Below the pieces are notes generated by a model that worked only from the letters and a program-made list of their open reading frames with translations, had not been told where the DNA came from and did no database searches. A stretch of DNA of 32,000 nucleotides from the NCBI RefSeq assembly GCF_000023205.1, contig NC_012803.1, positions 1,320,001 through 1,352,000 on the forward strand, written 5' to 3'. Position 1 is the first letter of the stretch. Every line of letters starts with the position of its first letter. Shown one piece after another: positions 10,860 through 21,566 of this stretch. The translations under genes were made by a program, and so were the position numbers. The DNA is from Micrococcus luteus NCTC 2665. Lineage in GTDB: Bacteria > Actinomycetota > Actinomycetes > Actinomycetales > Micrococcaceae.

Positions 10860-12194
10860 TCAGGCCACGGGGTCGGTGGGCTCGGCGCCGTGGGCCTGCT
10901 CATCGCGCCGGCGCAGCCGCACCGGGCGGTCGGGGGACTCGGAGACGCGCAGGCGCGCGACCCGGTTGCGGCGGGGCTCGAGGGTGTCCGCGACGACCTC
11001 GATCCCCTGGACCACGACGCGCGAGCCCTGGATCGGGACGCGGCCGAGCTCCTTGGCGAGGAGGCCGCCGACCGTGTCGACGTCGTCGTCCTCGTCCTCC
11101 TCCGGCAGCTCGAACTCCTCGCGGAAGTCGTGGATGCCCATGCGCGCGTCGACGGAGTAGACGCCGGGCGCGACGAACTCCACCTCGGGGCGGTCCGGGT
11201 GGTCGTCCTCGTCGTAGATCTCGCCGACGATCTCCTCGATGAGATCCTCGAGCGTCACGAGCCCCGCCGTGCCGCCGTACTCGTCCACCACCACGGCCAC
11301 GTGGGTGGACTCGCGCTGCAGCTCCTGCAGGAGGGTCGCCACGGACTTCGACTCGGGGACGAAGCGGACGTCGCGCATGACCTCGGTGACGGGGGTGTCG
11401 GTCGCCGCGCCGTCGTGGTGCAGGGCGCGGGTGACGTCCTTGAGGTGCAGCATGCCCCGGATGTCGTCGGCGTCCTCGCCGATCACCGGGATGCGGGAGT
11501 TGCCGGAGCGCAGGAACAGGGCCATGGCCTGGCCGAGCGTGTGGTCGGCGTCGATCGTGACGACGTCGGTGCGCGGCACCATGACGGAGCGGACGATGGT
11601 GTCGTTCATGGAGAACACCGACTGGATCAGCTCCGCCTCGGAGTCGGCGAGCACGTCCGCGTCGTGGGCGCGGGCGACGAACTCGCGCAGGTGGCGCTCC
11701 TGGAAGTCGTCCTCGTCCTCCGGCTCGACCTCGCGACGGCGCCGGTCCCGGTCCAGGCGGGCGGCGAGCGGGCCCAGGGCTCGGCGGAGCACCCACACCA
11801 GACCGCCGAGGCGGCGGGCGACGGCGGCCTCGTTGCGGGAGCCGATCGGCCGCGGGCTCCAGACGCCCAGCATTGCGGCCACGCCCACGAGCACGACCGC
11901 GGCGATCGCCACGGCGAGCCACGTGTCGTCCACCACCGCGTCGGCGGCCGCGGTCAGGCAGACGGCCGACAGGGCCTCGGCCACGAAGCGCCAGACCCGG
12001 AGGGCCCCGAGGTGGCTCTCCCGCTCGCGGGCGATCTCCAGGACCTTGGAGCCGGGCTGCTCGCGGACGATGTCCTCCGCGTCCCGCCGGGAGAGGTAGG
12101 AGAACGCGGACTCGGCCAGGGACAGCGTCCACGTCAGACCGAGGAAAGCCAGGAAGAGGGCGAAGAGGACGGCGGGCGTCAGCATGGGAGGCAC
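10860..12194 (-). CDS. CNNM/CorC-type hemolysin-family protein (DUF21 TM domain, CBS pair, CorC_HlyC)
   Basis: About 445 aa. A hydrophobic N-terminal DUF21-like region is followed by a CBS-pair region ([11 protein letters not shown]...[20 protein letters not shown]) and a C-terminal transporter-associated domain. The start is ambiguous: TTG 12200, GTG 12194 (GAGGA 6 nt upstream, chosen) or ATG 12185. Confidence 0.88.
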   Translation of the reverse strand: MPPMLTPAVLFALFLAFLGLTWTLSLAESAFSYLSRRDAEDIVREQPGSKVLEIARERESHLGALRVWRFVAEALSAVCLTAAADAVVDDTWLAVAIAAVVLVGVAAMLGVWSPRPIGSRNEAAVARRLGGLVWVLRRALGPLAARLDRDRRRREVEPEDEDDFQERHLREFVARAHDADVLADSEAELIQSVFSMNDTIVRSVMVPRTDVVTIDADHTLGQAMALFLRSGNSRIPVIGEDADDIRGMLHLKDVTRALHHDGAATDTPVTEVMRDVRFVPESKSVATLLQELQRESTHVAVVVDEYGGTAGLVTLEDLIEEIVGEIYDEDDHPDRPEVEFVAPGVYSVDARMGIHDFREEFELPEEDEDDDVDTVGGLLAKELGRVPIQGSRVVVQGIEVVADTLEPRRNRVARLRVSESPDRPVRLRRRDEQAHGAEPTDPVA

Positions 12195-12196
12195 CG

Positions 12197-12659
12197 TCAA
12201 TCCTCGACGGTGGGGGCCGGGGCGGGTCGGCCGAGGACCTCGGAGACGAGCCGATCCTGGAGCGTGAACATCTCCTCCCGCTCGGCGTCCTCGACGTGGT
12301 CGTACCCGAGCAGGTGGAGCATGCCGTGGGTGAGCAGCAGGAGCAGCTCGTCGTCACGGGAGTGCCCGCCGCGCGCCGCCTGCTCGGCGGCGACCTCGGG
12401 GCAGAGCACGACGTCGCCGAGCACGCCCTCGGCCGGCGCCTCGGGCGAGCCGGGGGTCAGCTCGTCCATGGGCAGGCTCATCACGTCGGTGGGCCCGGGC
12501 AGGTCCATCCACTCCTCATGCAGCTCGGCCATGCGCGCGGCGTCCACGACGGTCACGGCCGTCTCGGCGCGCTCGTGGACGTGCAGGCGTGCGTAGACGT
12601 GCCGGGCCATGCGCAGCAGCGCGTCCTCGGGGACCTCGATCCCCGACTCGTTCAGGATC

Positions 12660-12670
<11 letters not shown>
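12197..12670 (-). CDS. ybeY: rRNA maturation endoribonuclease YbeY
   Basis: 157 aa with the zinc motif HGMLHLLGYDH. It overlaps the phoH 3' end by 11 nt. Confidence 0.95.
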
Positions 12671-13733
<1,063 letters not shown>

Positions 13734-13740
13734 CGATTCC

Positions 13741-13746
13741 ATTCTA
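13741..13746 (-). promoter_or_regulatory. -10 hexamer TAGAAT placed for a leaderless phoH-ybeY-corC-era transcript
   Basis: The minus strand reads CTAGAAT, then GGAATCG (7 nt), then ATG at 13733. It sits in the 31-40 bp gap after rsmE. Confidence 0.5.
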
Positions 13747-13773
13747 GGCGTCGGCGCGCCGTCCTGCCGGGGC

Positions 13774-14535
13774 TCACCAGCGGCCGAGCCGGTGCTGGAG
13801 CACGGCGAGGGCGGCGGGGCCGGCCGTGGAGGCGCGCAGCACGTGCGGGCCGAGCCGCACCGGCACGGCCCCCGCGGCCACGCAGGCCTCGAGCTCGGCC
13901 GGGCCGATCCCGCCCTCGGGGCCCACGACGACGGCGATCTCGGCGGCCTCGGAGAGTCGTTCCGCCGGCACCGAGGACACCCCGTGCTCCACGTCCTCGT
14001 GCAGCACGAGGACGAGCCGGCCGCCGCCGTCGTCCCGGACCAGCCCGGCGACCGCCGTCCCGGAGACGTGGTCCCGGACCGCGGGCACCCGGGCGCGACG
14101 CGCCTGCTTGGCGGCCGCGCGGGCCGTGTCCGCCCACTTCTGACGGGCCTTGGCGGCCTTGGGTCCCTTCCAGCGGACGATCGAGCGCTCGGCCTCCCAG
14201 GGCACCACGGCGTCCACGCCGAGCTCGACGGCGGCCTGGACCGCCATGAGGTCCCGGTCGCCCTTGGCGAGGGCCTGGACGAGCACGAGCGCCGGGGTGG
14301 GTGCCGGCTCCTCCGCCACCGCGTCCAGCCGCACGGACACCCCGTCCGGGGCGGCCGCGAGCACGGTGCCGTGGCCCAGCGTGCCCGACCCGTCGGCCAG
14401 GATCACGGTCTCCCCGGGGGCCAGGCGCATGGCCGCGGCGGCGTGGCGGGCCTCGGGGCCACCGAAGTCGACCTCCACGCCGGCGCTCGCGCCGGCCAGG
14501 GCGCCAGGCTCGAGGTGGAACAGGGGGGCGGTCAC
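13774..14535 (-). CDS. rsmE: 16S rRNA (uracil1498-N3)-methyltransferase RsmE
   Basis: 253 aa with a PUA-like N-terminus and a SPOUT C-terminus carrying [15 protein letters not shown]. The GTG start overlaps the dnaJ stop (GTGA). Confidence 0.9.
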   Translation of the reverse strand: MTAPLFHLEPGALAGASAGVEVDFGGPEARHAAAAMRLAPGETVILADGSGTLGHGTVLAAAPDGVSVRLDAVAEEPAPTPALVLVQALAKGDRDLMAVQAAVELGVDAVVPWEAERSIVRWKGPKAAKARQKWADTARAAAKQARRARVPAVRDHVSGTAVAGLVRDDGGGRLVLVLHEDVEHGVSSVPAERLSEAAEIAVVVGPEGGIGPAELEACVAAGAVPVRLGPHVLRASTAGPAALAVLQHRLGRW

Positions 14536-15665
14536 AGGTTCCTCAGGTTCTCCCGCAGCCGGGCGAACATGCCCCTGGCCTGGGGTGCGCCGTGCACGAC
14601 CTCCTCGCCGCGCACCTCGGCCAGGCGCTCCAGGAGCTGGCGCTGCTCGTCGTCCAGGTCGGTGGGCGTGGTGACCACCACGTCCACCTTGAGGTCACCA
14701 CGGCCCTGCCCGCGCAGGCGACCGACGCCCAGGCCCTGGAGGACCTCCACGTGGCCGGACTGCACACCCGGGTCCAGACTGACGGACTGCTTGCCGTCCA
14801 GGGTGTCCAGCGTGACGGTGGTGCCCAGGGCCGCGGCCGCCATGGGGACGGTCACGGTGGTGGCCAGGTGGTCGCCCTCGCGGCGGAAGGTCTCGTCCGG
14901 GCGGACCGCGATCTCCACGTAGAGGTCGCCGTTCGGGCCGCCGCCCGGGCCGGCCTCGCCGCGGCCGGCGAGGTGGATGCGGGTGCCGTCGTCCACGCCC
15001 GCGGGGATGCGCAGGGTCAGCGGCGTCCGGGTGCGGACGCGGCCCTGCCCGTCGCACTCGTGGCAGGGCGTCGGGATGACGGTGCCGAACCCCTGGCAGG
15101 CGGGGCAGGCCTCGGTGGCCATGACGGTGCCCAGCAGCGACCGCACGGGGCGCTGGATCATGCCGTGGCCGTGGCAGGTCTGGCAGGTCTCCGGCTGGGT
15201 GCCGGGCTCGCAGCACGAGCCCTCACACCGCTCGCAGCGCACGGCCGTGTCCAGCTCGATGGTCTGCTCGCCGCCGAAGACGGCATCGCGCAGGTCGATC
15301 CGCGCGGTCACCAGGGCGTCCTGGCCGCGGCGGGCGCGGCTGGCGGGGCCACCGCGGCCGCCCTGGCCGGCGGCGTTCATGAAGGTCTCGAAGATGTCGG
15401 CGAAGCCCCCGAAGCCTCCCGCCCCACCGAAGCCGCCCGGGAAGCCGGCCTGGCCGTTCTCATTGCCCGTCGTGTCGTAGGCCCGACGCCGGTCCTCGTC
15501 CGAGAGCACCTCGTAGGCGTGGGAGATGCGCTTGAACTGCTCGGCCGCCTCCGGGTCGGGGTTGACGTCCGGGTGGTGGGTGCGCGCGAGCTTGCGGTAG
15601 GCGCGGCGGATCTCCTCGGTGCTGGCGTCACGGCTGACGCCGAGCGTCTCGTAGTGGTCGGTCAC
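14532..15665 (-). CDS. dnaJ: molecular chaperone DnaJ
   Basis: 377 aa. It has a J domain with HPD, a Gly/Phe-rich linker and four CxxCxGxG repeats ([32 protein letters not shown]). The start is GTG, with a GAGAGGA SD upstream. Confidence 0.96.
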   Translation of the reverse strand: MTDHYETLGVSRDASTEEIRRAYRKLARTHHPDVNPDPEAAEQFKRISHAYEVLSDEDRRRAYDTTGNENGQAGFPGGFGGAGGFGGFADIFETFMNAAGQGGRGGPASRARRGQDALVTARIDLRDAVFGGEQTIELDTAVRCERCEGSCCEPGTQPETCQTCHGHGMIQRPVRSLLGTVMATEACPACQGFGTVIPTPCHECDGQGRVRTRTPLTLRIPAGVDDGTRIHLAGRGEAGPGGGPNGDLYVEIAVRPDETFRREGDHLATTVTVPMAAAALGTTVTLDTLDGKQSVSLDPGVQSGHVEVLQGLGVGRLRGQGRGDLKVDVVVTTPTDLDDEQRQLLERLAEVRGEEVVHGAPQARGMFARLRENLRNL

Positions 15666-15724
15666 GGTGGGGATTCCTCTCGGGGCGAGCGGGACGTGGG
15701 GCGGTGCGGGACGGGGCCCGCCAG

Positions 15725-15742
15725 GACGCGCGCAGGCGCGTC
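15725..15742 (-). other. 7-bp hairpin overlapping the hrcA stop codon (intra-operon structure)
   Basis: The minus strand reads GACGCGC-CTGC-GCGCGTC, starting at the TGA of hrcA. There is no U-tract. Function is unknown. Confidence 0.3.
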
Positions 15743-16754
15743 AGGTGGTCAGGATGCGGGAGAGATAGCGGGCGATCGCCCGGACGGCGGCCATCGTGCC
15801 CGGATAGTCCATCCGGGTCGGGCCGATGACACCGAGCTTCGCCACGGCGCCGGGGCCGTAGGCGGCCGCGACCACCGAGGTGTCCGCGAGCGATCCGGCG
15901 TTCTCGGAGCCGATCCGCACGGACACCCCGTGGGCGTCCTGCTCCATCTCCGTGAGCAGGCGCAGCAGCACCACCTGCTCCTCGAGCGCCTCCAGGATCG
16001 GCCCGATGGACGCGCCGAAGTCCCCCGGGGAGCGGGCCAGGTTGGCGGTGCCGGCCAGGACGATGCGGTCCTGCCGGCCGGCCTCGAGCAGGTCCTGGAC
16101 GGCCGCGGCCACGAGGGCGGCGGACGGCCGGTGCTCCGGGCGGACCCGGGTGACGACGTCGTCCACCACGGTGGCCGCCTGCACCGGACCGAGCCCCAGC
16201 AGGGCGTCCAGCAGGAGGCCGCGGAGCACGGACAGCTCCGCCTCGTCGACCGGACGGTCCAGCACGGCGTGCCGCTGGTCCACCCGCCCCGTGGACAGGA
16301 TGAGGACCACGAGCACGCGCGTGGGCGCGAGGGAGACCAGTTCGAGGTGGCGGATCGTGGAGCCGTCCTCGTGGGGGAACTGCGCGACGGCGACCTGCTG
16401 GGTCAGCTGGGCCAGGAGGCGCACCGTGGACTCCATCATGTGCTCGGTGTCCGTCTCCGGGTCCAGCAGGGTCCGCACGGCCCGGCGCTCGGCCGGGGAC
16501 AGCGGCTTCACCTCGGAGAGGCGGTCGACGAACACGCGGTAGCCCTTGTCCGTGGGGACGCGCCCGGCGGAGGTGTGCGGGGCCACGATGAGGCCCTCCT
16601 CCTCGAGCGCAGCCATGTCGTTGCGCACGGTCGCGGAGGACACGCTCAGGGCGTGCCGTTCCACGAGCGCCTTGGAGCCCACGGGCTCGCGCAGCGCCAC
16701 GTAGTCCTCCAGGATCGCCTGGAGCACCTGCAGGCGGCGGGGCTGCTCCGACAT
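15741..16754 (-). CDS. hrcA: heat-inducible transcriptional repressor HrcA
   Basis: The track ORF is trimmed to ATG 16752-16754 (MSEQPRRLQVLQAILEDY...), which has a GAGGAGG SD upstream. The N-terminal winged helix reads GSKALVERHALSVSSATVRNDMAALEEEGLI. dnaJ lies downstream. Confidence 0.94.
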   Translation of the reverse strand: MSEQPRRLQVLQAILEDYVALREPVGSKALVERHALSVSSATVRNDMAALEEEGLIVAPHTSAGRVPTDKGYRVFVDRLSEVKPLSPAERRAVRTLLDPETDTEHMMESTVRLLAQLTQQVAVAQFPHEDGSTIRHLELVSLAPTRVLVVLILSTGRVDQRHAVLDRPVDEAELSVLRGLLLDALLGLGPVQAATVVDDVVTRVRPEHRPSAALVAAAVQDLLEAGRQDRIVLAGTANLARSPGDFGASIGPILEALEEQVVLLRLLTEMEQDAHGVSVRIGSENAGSLADTSVVAAAYGPGAVAKLGVIGPTRMDYPGTMAAVRAIARYLSRILTT

Positions 16755-16808
16755 CTCGGTCCTCCTCTGGTCCGTCGGGATCCGGGGCGACCCCGGAGGT
16801 GCCCCTGG

Positions 16809-16835
16809 CTGGCACTCCGGCGGGTCAAGTGCCAA
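16809..16835 (-). promoter_or_regulatory. CIRCE-like HrcA operator
   Basis: In hrcA orientation it reads TTGGCACTT-N9-GAGTGCCAG, against the consensus TTAGCACTC-N9-GAGTGCTAA (14 of 18 positions). The A-to-G change in the left arm is matched by T-to-C in the right arm. It lies 55 nt upstream of the hrcA ATG. Confidence 0.7.
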
Positions 16836-16840
16836 TGCTA
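16835..16840 (-). promoter_or_regulatory. candidate hrcA -10 hexamer TAGCAT abutting CIRCE
   Basis: Minus-strand TAGCAT. Its last T is the first base of the CIRCE left arm, so the operator would cover the transcription start. Confidence 0.4.
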
Positions 16841-16924
16841 CCGTCCGACCCGGGGGACGACCCGACCGGCCCGCACGGCTTCGCTCACGGTGATCGCCCG
16901 CCCCCGTTGCTACCGTGCTCTCCC

Positions 16925-17785
16925 ATGGACTGGAGCAGCTGGGGCCCCGCGGGCCACGACGACCTGACGCGCCGCCCCGCCCGGACCGTCCCCGATGTGC
17001 CCGCCACCCCCGGCACGGTGGTCGAGGACGTGGCCTCCGGGTTCACCGGGGCCGTGATCGGCATCGAGCGCTCCGGCGGCGTGCACGTGGTGGTCCTGGA
17101 GGACCGCCGCGGCGTGCGCCGCGGCTTCCCCCTCGGCGGCGGCTTCTGGATCGACGGCGAGCCCGTGACCCTGGTCCCCCCGACCGCCGCGGCCCCGGCG
17201 GCGCCGGCCCGCACCGCCTCCGGCTCGCGACGGGTCGAGGGGGCGCGGGCCCGCACCGCCCGCGCCTCTCGCATCTGGGTGGAGGGCGTGCACGACGCCG
17301 AGCTGGTGGAGAAGGTGTGGGGCGAGGACCTGCGCCTCGAGGGCATCGTCGTGGAGCCCCTGCACGGCGTGGACGACCTCGCCGGGGCGATCCGTGCGTT
17401 CGCCCCCGGTCCGCGGCGCCGGCTCGGGATCCTCGTGGACCATCTCGTCACCGGGTCCAAGGAGGAGCGCCTCGCGGCCGAGGCCATGCGCGTGCCGGGG
17501 GCCGCGGGCAACGTGCTCATCCTCGGTCACCCCTACGTGGACGTCTGGCAGGTCATCAAGCCCTCCGTCCTCGGCATCCCCGCGTGGCCCGTCGTGCCGA
17601 AGGGGCAGGACTGGAAGACGGGGATCCTGCGGGGACTGGGCTGGCCGCACGGGAGCAAGGAGGCCACGGGGCTGGGGTGGAAGCGGCTGCTCTCCCACGT
17701 CACCACGTACGCGGACCTCGAGCCGTCCCTGCTGGGCCGCGTGGAGGAGCTCATCGACTTCCTCACCGCCGCACCCGAGCACTGA
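16925..17785 (+). CDS. conserved actinobacterial protein (DUF3097-like), divergent from hrcA
   Basis: The track ORF 16799..17785 is trimmed to ATG 16925 (MDWSSWGP...). TGCTACCGT (extended -10) ends 8 nt upstream of the ATG. The conserved-looking C-terminal half reads RIWVEGVHDAELVEKVWGEDLR...GHPYVDVWQ. The family name is from memory. Confidence 0.75.
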   Translation: MDWSSWGPAGHDDLTRRPARTVPDVPATPGTVVEDVASGFTGAVIGIERSGGVHVVVLEDRRGVRRGFPLGGGFWIDGEPVTLVPPTAAAPAAPARTASGSRRVEGARARTARASRIWVEGVHDAELVEKVWGEDLRLEGIVVEPLHGVDDLAGAIRAFAPGPRRRLGILVDHLVTGSKEERLAAEAMRVPGAAGNVLILGHPYVDVWQVIKPSVLGIPAWPVVPKGQDWKTGILRGLGWPHGSKEATGLGWKRLLSHVTTYADLEPSLLGRVEELIDFLTAAPEH

Positions 17786-17813
17786 TCTCGGCGCGGCCCC
17801 CGCCCGCCCGCGC

Positions 17814-17819
17814 TATGCT
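17814..17819 (+). promoter_or_regulatory. candidate -10 hexamer TATGCT for the DUF4870-like gene
   Basis: TATGCT lies about 60 nt upstream of GTG 17880. An AGGAGGA SD follows in the predicted 5' UTR. Confidence 0.35.
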
Positions 17820-17879
17820 GGCCCATGCCCTGCGCCCGGTCCCCGGCGCGCGGGTCCCGCGATCCAGGAGGAGCCCCTC

Positions 17880-18299
17880 GTGAACACCCGCGCGCAGCCC
17901 GACGCCGGCCGCACCGGCCACGGCCCGCCCGCCTGGCTCGTCTCGGCCGGCGGCCGCGGCGCCCCGCTCACGGCGAAGCAGGACCGTGACCGCGCGGCGC
18001 TGGCCCACCTCAGTCTGGCGTTCGGCGTGCTCGGCCCGCTGGTCGTGTGGCTGCTCTACCGCGACCGCGGCCCGTTCACCTCGCAGGAGTCGCGCGAGGC
18101 CCTGAACTTCTCCGGGCCGCCCACGCTCATCACGCTCCTGTTCTTCTTCCTGTCCCTGCTGCCGGTGGTCGGCCCGATCTTCGCGATCCTCGGCGCGCTC
18201 ACGTGGGCCGCCATGGCGGTCTACGGCGTGATGGGCGCCTCGCACGTGTCCAAGGGCCGTCCGTTCCGGTACCCGTTCAACCTGCGCATCCTGCGCTGA
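17880..18299 (+). CDS. small membrane protein (DUF4870-like)
   Basis: In-frame GTG at 17880 with an AGGAGGA SD 7 nt upstream; 139 aa. It has hydrophobic helices and an ESREALNF motif typical of DUF4870 as I remember it. The upstream 162 codons of the track ORF overlap the DUF3097-like gene out of frame. Confidence 0.75.
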   Translation: MNTRAQPDAGRTGHGPPAWLVSAGGRGAPLTAKQDRDRAALAHLSLAFGVLGPLVVWLLYRDRGPFTSQESREALNFSGPPTLITLLFFFLSLLPVVGPIFAILGALTWAAMAVYGVMGASHVSKGRPFRYPFNLRILR

Positions 18300-18314
18300 C
18301 CCGGGGCCGGCCGG

Positions 18315-19595
18315 TCAGAAGCCGGCCAGCGCCCGGACGATCGCGTCGTTGCGCAGCCGCCCCTCGAGCGTGGGGACGATGCGCCCGTCGACGGCGGCGC
18401 GCCCGTCCAGCAGGCCCGCGGCGATGAGTTCGGCGATCGCCCCGCGGGTCCGCGCGGCCTCCCCCGGCGTCTCCGAGACGAGCTCCGCGGTCGGGAGGCC
18501 GTCCACCGTGCGCACCGCGAGCATGATGCGCTCGAGGCGCCGCGCGTCGGCGTCGGGCCGCTCGCGGCCGACGGCGGGGGTGACCCCTGTGGCCAGCCGC
18601 TGCGCGTAGGCGGCGGGGTGCTTGGCGTTCCAGAACCGGACCCCGGCGAGGTGCGAGTGCGCGCCCGGGCCGATCCCCCACCAGTCCTGGTCCTCCCAGT
18701 ACGCCACGTTGTGCCGCGCACGGTGGACGCCGGACCCCTGCGGGTCGCGCGCCCAGTTGGACACCTCGTACCAGCGGTAGCCGGCGGCGCCGAGCAGCTC
18801 CTCGGCGAGCAGGTACTTGTCCGCCTGGTCGTCGGGGTCCACGTCCGCCACCTCGCCGCGGGCCACCTGGGCCCCGAGCTTGGTGCCCTCCTCCACGATC
18901 AGCGAGTACGCGCTCACGTGGTCCGGGGCCAGGACGACGGCGGCCTCGAGCGTGGCCCGCCAGTCGGCGAGGGACTCCCCCGCGGTCCCGTAGATCAGGT
19001 CCAGGGACACCTCCAGGCCGGCCTCGCGGGCCGCGGCGACGGCGGCGGGGACGGACTCGGGCCGATGGGTGCGCTCGAGCGTGGCGAGCACGTGCGGCAC
19101 CGCGGACTGCATGCCCAGGGAGAGGCGGGTGAAGCCGCCGGCCGCGAGCTGGCGTGCGTACTCCGGGGTGATCGTGTCCGGGTTGGCCTCGGTGGTCACC
19201 TCCGCGCCGGGCGCGATCCCGAACCGGTCCACCGCCGCCTGGAGGATGCGCACGAGGTCCGCGGCCGGCAGGAGCGTGGGCGTGCCGCCGCCGAAGAACA
19301 CCGTGTGCAGCGGGCGGGCGGGCACGTCCGAGGACGCGAGCACGTCGGCGGCGAAGTCCAGCTCCGTGACGGCCGACTCCCAGTAGTCGCCGCGACCCGC
19401 GCCGGGGCCGAGGTCGACGGCCGTGTACGTGTTGAAGTCGCAGTAGCCGCAGCGCACCGTGCAGAACGGCACGTGGACGTACAGGCTGAAGGTGCGCGCC
19501 GCGCCGTCGCGGGCGGCCGCGCGCACCCGCTGCCCGACGTCGGCCGGCAGCCGGCCGTCGTCGGGGACGGGCTCGCCGAGGGGCAGGGCGGGCAC
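18315..19595 (-). CDS. hemW: radical SAM heme chaperone HemW (HemN-like)
   Basis: 426 aa with the radical SAM motif CTVRCGYCDF (Cx3Cx2C). The GTG start immediately follows the lepA TAA. Confidence 0.92.
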   Translation of the reverse strand: MPALPLGEPVPDDGRLPADVGQRVRAAARDGAARTFSLYVHVPFCTVRCGYCDFNTYTAVDLGPGAGRGDYWESAVTELDFAADVLASSDVPARPLHTVFFGGGTPTLLPAADLVRILQAAVDRFGIAPGAEVTTEANPDTITPEYARQLAAGGFTRLSLGMQSAVPHVLATLERTHRPESVPAAVAAAREAGLEVSLDLIYGTAGESLADWRATLEAAVVLAPDHVSAYSLIVEEGTKLGAQVARGEVADVDPDDQADKYLLAEELLGAAGYRWYEVSNWARDPQGSGVHRARHNVAYWEDQDWWGIGPGAHSHLAGVRFWNAKHPAAYAQRLATGVTPAVGRERPDADARRLERIMLAVRTVDGLPTAELVSETPGEAARTRGAIAELIAAGLLDGRAAVDGRIVPTLEGRLRNDAIVRALAGF

Positions 19596-21461
19596 TTACT
19601 TCTTCGCCGCCTGGTCGGCGCCGGCGCCGTCCGAGGACAGGGCGGCGATGAAGGCCTCCTGCGGGACCTCGACCCGGCCGACCATCTTCATGCGCTTCTT
19701 GCCCTCCTTCTGCTTCTCGAGCAGCTTGCGCTTGCGGGAGATGTCGCCGCCGTAGCACTTGGAGAGCACGTCCTTGCGGATCGCGCGGATGTTCTCGCGG
19801 GCGATGATGCGCGAGCCGATGGCGGCCTGGATCGGCACCTCGTACTGCTGGCGCGGGATCAGCTCCTTGAGCTTGCCCGTCATCATCACGCCGTACGCGT
19901 AGGCGTTGTCCCTGTGGGTGATCGAGGAGAACGCGTCCACCTGTTCGCCCTGGAGCAGGATGTCCACCTTGACGAGGTCGGCGACCTGGTCGCCGTCGGC
20001 CTTCCAGTCCAGCGAGGCGTACCCCTTGGTGCGGGACTTGAGCTGGTCGAAGAAGTCGAACACGATCTCGGCCAGCGGGATCCAGTAGCGGATCTCCACG
20101 CGTTCCTCGGAGAGGTAGTCCATGCCCTTGAGGTTGCCGCGCTTGGCCTGGCACAGCTCCATGACGGCGCCGATGAACTCGGCCGGCACGATGATCGTGG
20201 CCGAGGCCATGGGCTCGCGCACCTCGAGGATCTTGCCCTCGGGGAACTCGGAGGGGTTGGTCACGGTGACGACCTCGCGGTCCTCCCGGGTGACCTCGTA
20301 GACCACGTTGGGCGCGGTGGAGATGAGGTCGAGGTCGAACTCGCGCTCGAGGCGCTCGCGCACGATCTCCAGATGCAGCAGACCGAGGAAGCCGACGCGG
20401 AAGCCGAAGCCCAGCGCGACCGAGGTCTCCGGCTCGTAGACGAGCGCGGCGTCGTTGAGCTTGAGCTTGTCCAGGGCGTCACGCAGCACGGGATAGTCCG
20501 AGCCGTCGATGGGGTACAGACCCGAGAACACCATGGGCTTGGGGTCCTCGTAGCCACCCAGGGACTGCTCCGCCGGGTGGGCGTGGTTGGTGACCGTGTC
20601 GCCCACCTTGGACTGACGCACGTCCTTCACGCCGGTGATGAGGTAGCCCACCTCGCCCGCGGCCAGGCCCTTGGTGGGCACGGGCTCCGGGGAGGAGACG
20701 CCGATCTCGAGGAGCTCGTAGGTGGTGCCCGTGGACATCATGCGGACCTTCTCCCGCGGGGAGAGCCGGCCGTCCACGACGCGCACGTACGTGACGACGC
20801 CCCGGTAGGTGTCGTACACGGAGTCGAAGATCATCGCGCGGGCCGGGGCGTCCGCGTCCCCCTCCGGGCCGGGGATGGCGCGGACCACGCGGTCCAGCAG
20901 CTCCTCGACGCCGACGCCCGTCTTGCCGGAGACGCGCAGCACGTCCTCGGGCTCGCAGCCGATCAGGGAGGCCAGCTCGGCCGCGTAGCGGTCCGGATCC
21001 GCGGCGGGCAGGTCGATCTTGTTGAGCACGGGGATGATCTCCAGCTCGTGCTCCATGGCGAGGTAGAGGTTCGCCAGGGTCTGGGCCTCGATGCCCTGGG
21101 CGGCGTCCACCAGCAGGATCGCGCCCTCGCACGCGGCCAGCGAGCGGGAGACCTCATAGGTGAAGTCCACGTGCCCGGGGGTGTCGATCATGTTCAGGGC
21201 GTAGTCCACCCCGTCCACGGACCAGGGCATGCGCACGGCCTGGGACTTGATGGTGATGCCGCGCTCACGCTCGATGTCCATGCGGTCCAGATACTGGGCC
21301 TTCATGTCGCGGGGCTGCACGACGCCGGTGGCCTGCAGCATGCGGTCCGCCAGCGTGGACTTGCCGTGGTCGATGTGGGCGATGATGCAGAAGTTGCGGA
21401 TCACCGAGGGGTCGGTGGCAGCGGGCACCGGGGGGTTCGACGCCAGGGGCGACACGGGCAC
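19596..21461 (-). CDS. lepA: translation elongation factor 4 (LepA)
   Basis: 621 aa with [22 protein letters not shown] and a LepA-specific C-terminal domain. A GTG at 21455 has better SD spacing and may be the true start. Confidence 0.96.
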   Translation of the reverse strand: MPVSPLASNPPVPAATDPSVIRNFCIIAHIDHGKSTLADRMLQATGVVQPRDMKAQYLDRMDIERERGITIKSQAVRMPWSVDGVDYALNMIDTPGHVDFTYEVSRSLAACEGAILLVDAAQGIEAQTLANLYLAMEHELEIIPVLNKIDLPAADPDRYAAELASLIGCEPEDVLRVSGKTGVGVEELLDRVVRAIPGPEGDADAPARAMIFDSVYDTYRGVVTYVRVVDGRLSPREKVRMMSTGTTYELLEIGVSSPEPVPTKGLAAGEVGYLITGVKDVRQSKVGDTVTNHAHPAEQSLGGYEDPKPMVFSGLYPIDGSDYPVLRDALDKLKLNDAALVYEPETSVALGFGFRVGFLGLLHLEIVRERLEREFDLDLISTAPNVVYEVTREDREVVTVTNPSEFPEGKILEVREPMASATIIVPAEFIGAVMELCQAKRGNLKGMDYLSEERVEIRYWIPLAEIVFDFFDQLKSRTKGYASLDWKADGDQVADLVKVDILLQGEQVDAFSSITHRDNAYAYGVMMTGKLKELIPRQQYEVPIQAAIGSRIIARENIRAIRKDVLSKCYGGDISRKRKLLEKQKEGKKRMKMVGRVEVPQEAFIAALSSDGAGADQAAKK

Positions 21462-21553
21462 TTCCTCTACGGGTGACGGGGACGGGGCTCTGACCGCCTA
21501 GTCTGTCATGTCCCGCCGCCGACCCGACCCGGACGCCGGGCCCGCGCGTCCAC

Positions 21554-21559
21554 TAGATT
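21554..21559 (+). promoter_or_regulatory. -10 hexamer TAGATT placed for a leaderless MazF-fold gene mRNA
   Basis: The plus strand reads CTAGATT, then CACGCCC (7 nt), then ATG at 21567, with no SD. Confidence 0.45.
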
Positions 21560-21566
21560 CACGCCC

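Noticed and set aside
9876-12596. A 906-aa plus-strand ORF opposite era, the CorC-like gene and ybeY
   Set aside because: It is an antisense shadow of three well-supported minus-strand genes. Its composition is low-complexity (S/R/A/T/P-rich), it has no recognisable motif, and it has no promoter or SD context.
14301-16967. An 888-aa plus-strand ORF opposite rsmE, dnaJ and hrcA
   Set aside because: Same reasoning. It is a codon-phase shadow of real genes, with V/D/H/G/L/R-rich mirror composition typical of antisense frames in high-G+C DNA.
18618-21476. A 952-aa plus-strand ORF opposite hemW and lepA
   Set aside because: It is an antisense shadow of two highly conserved genes and has no independent signals.
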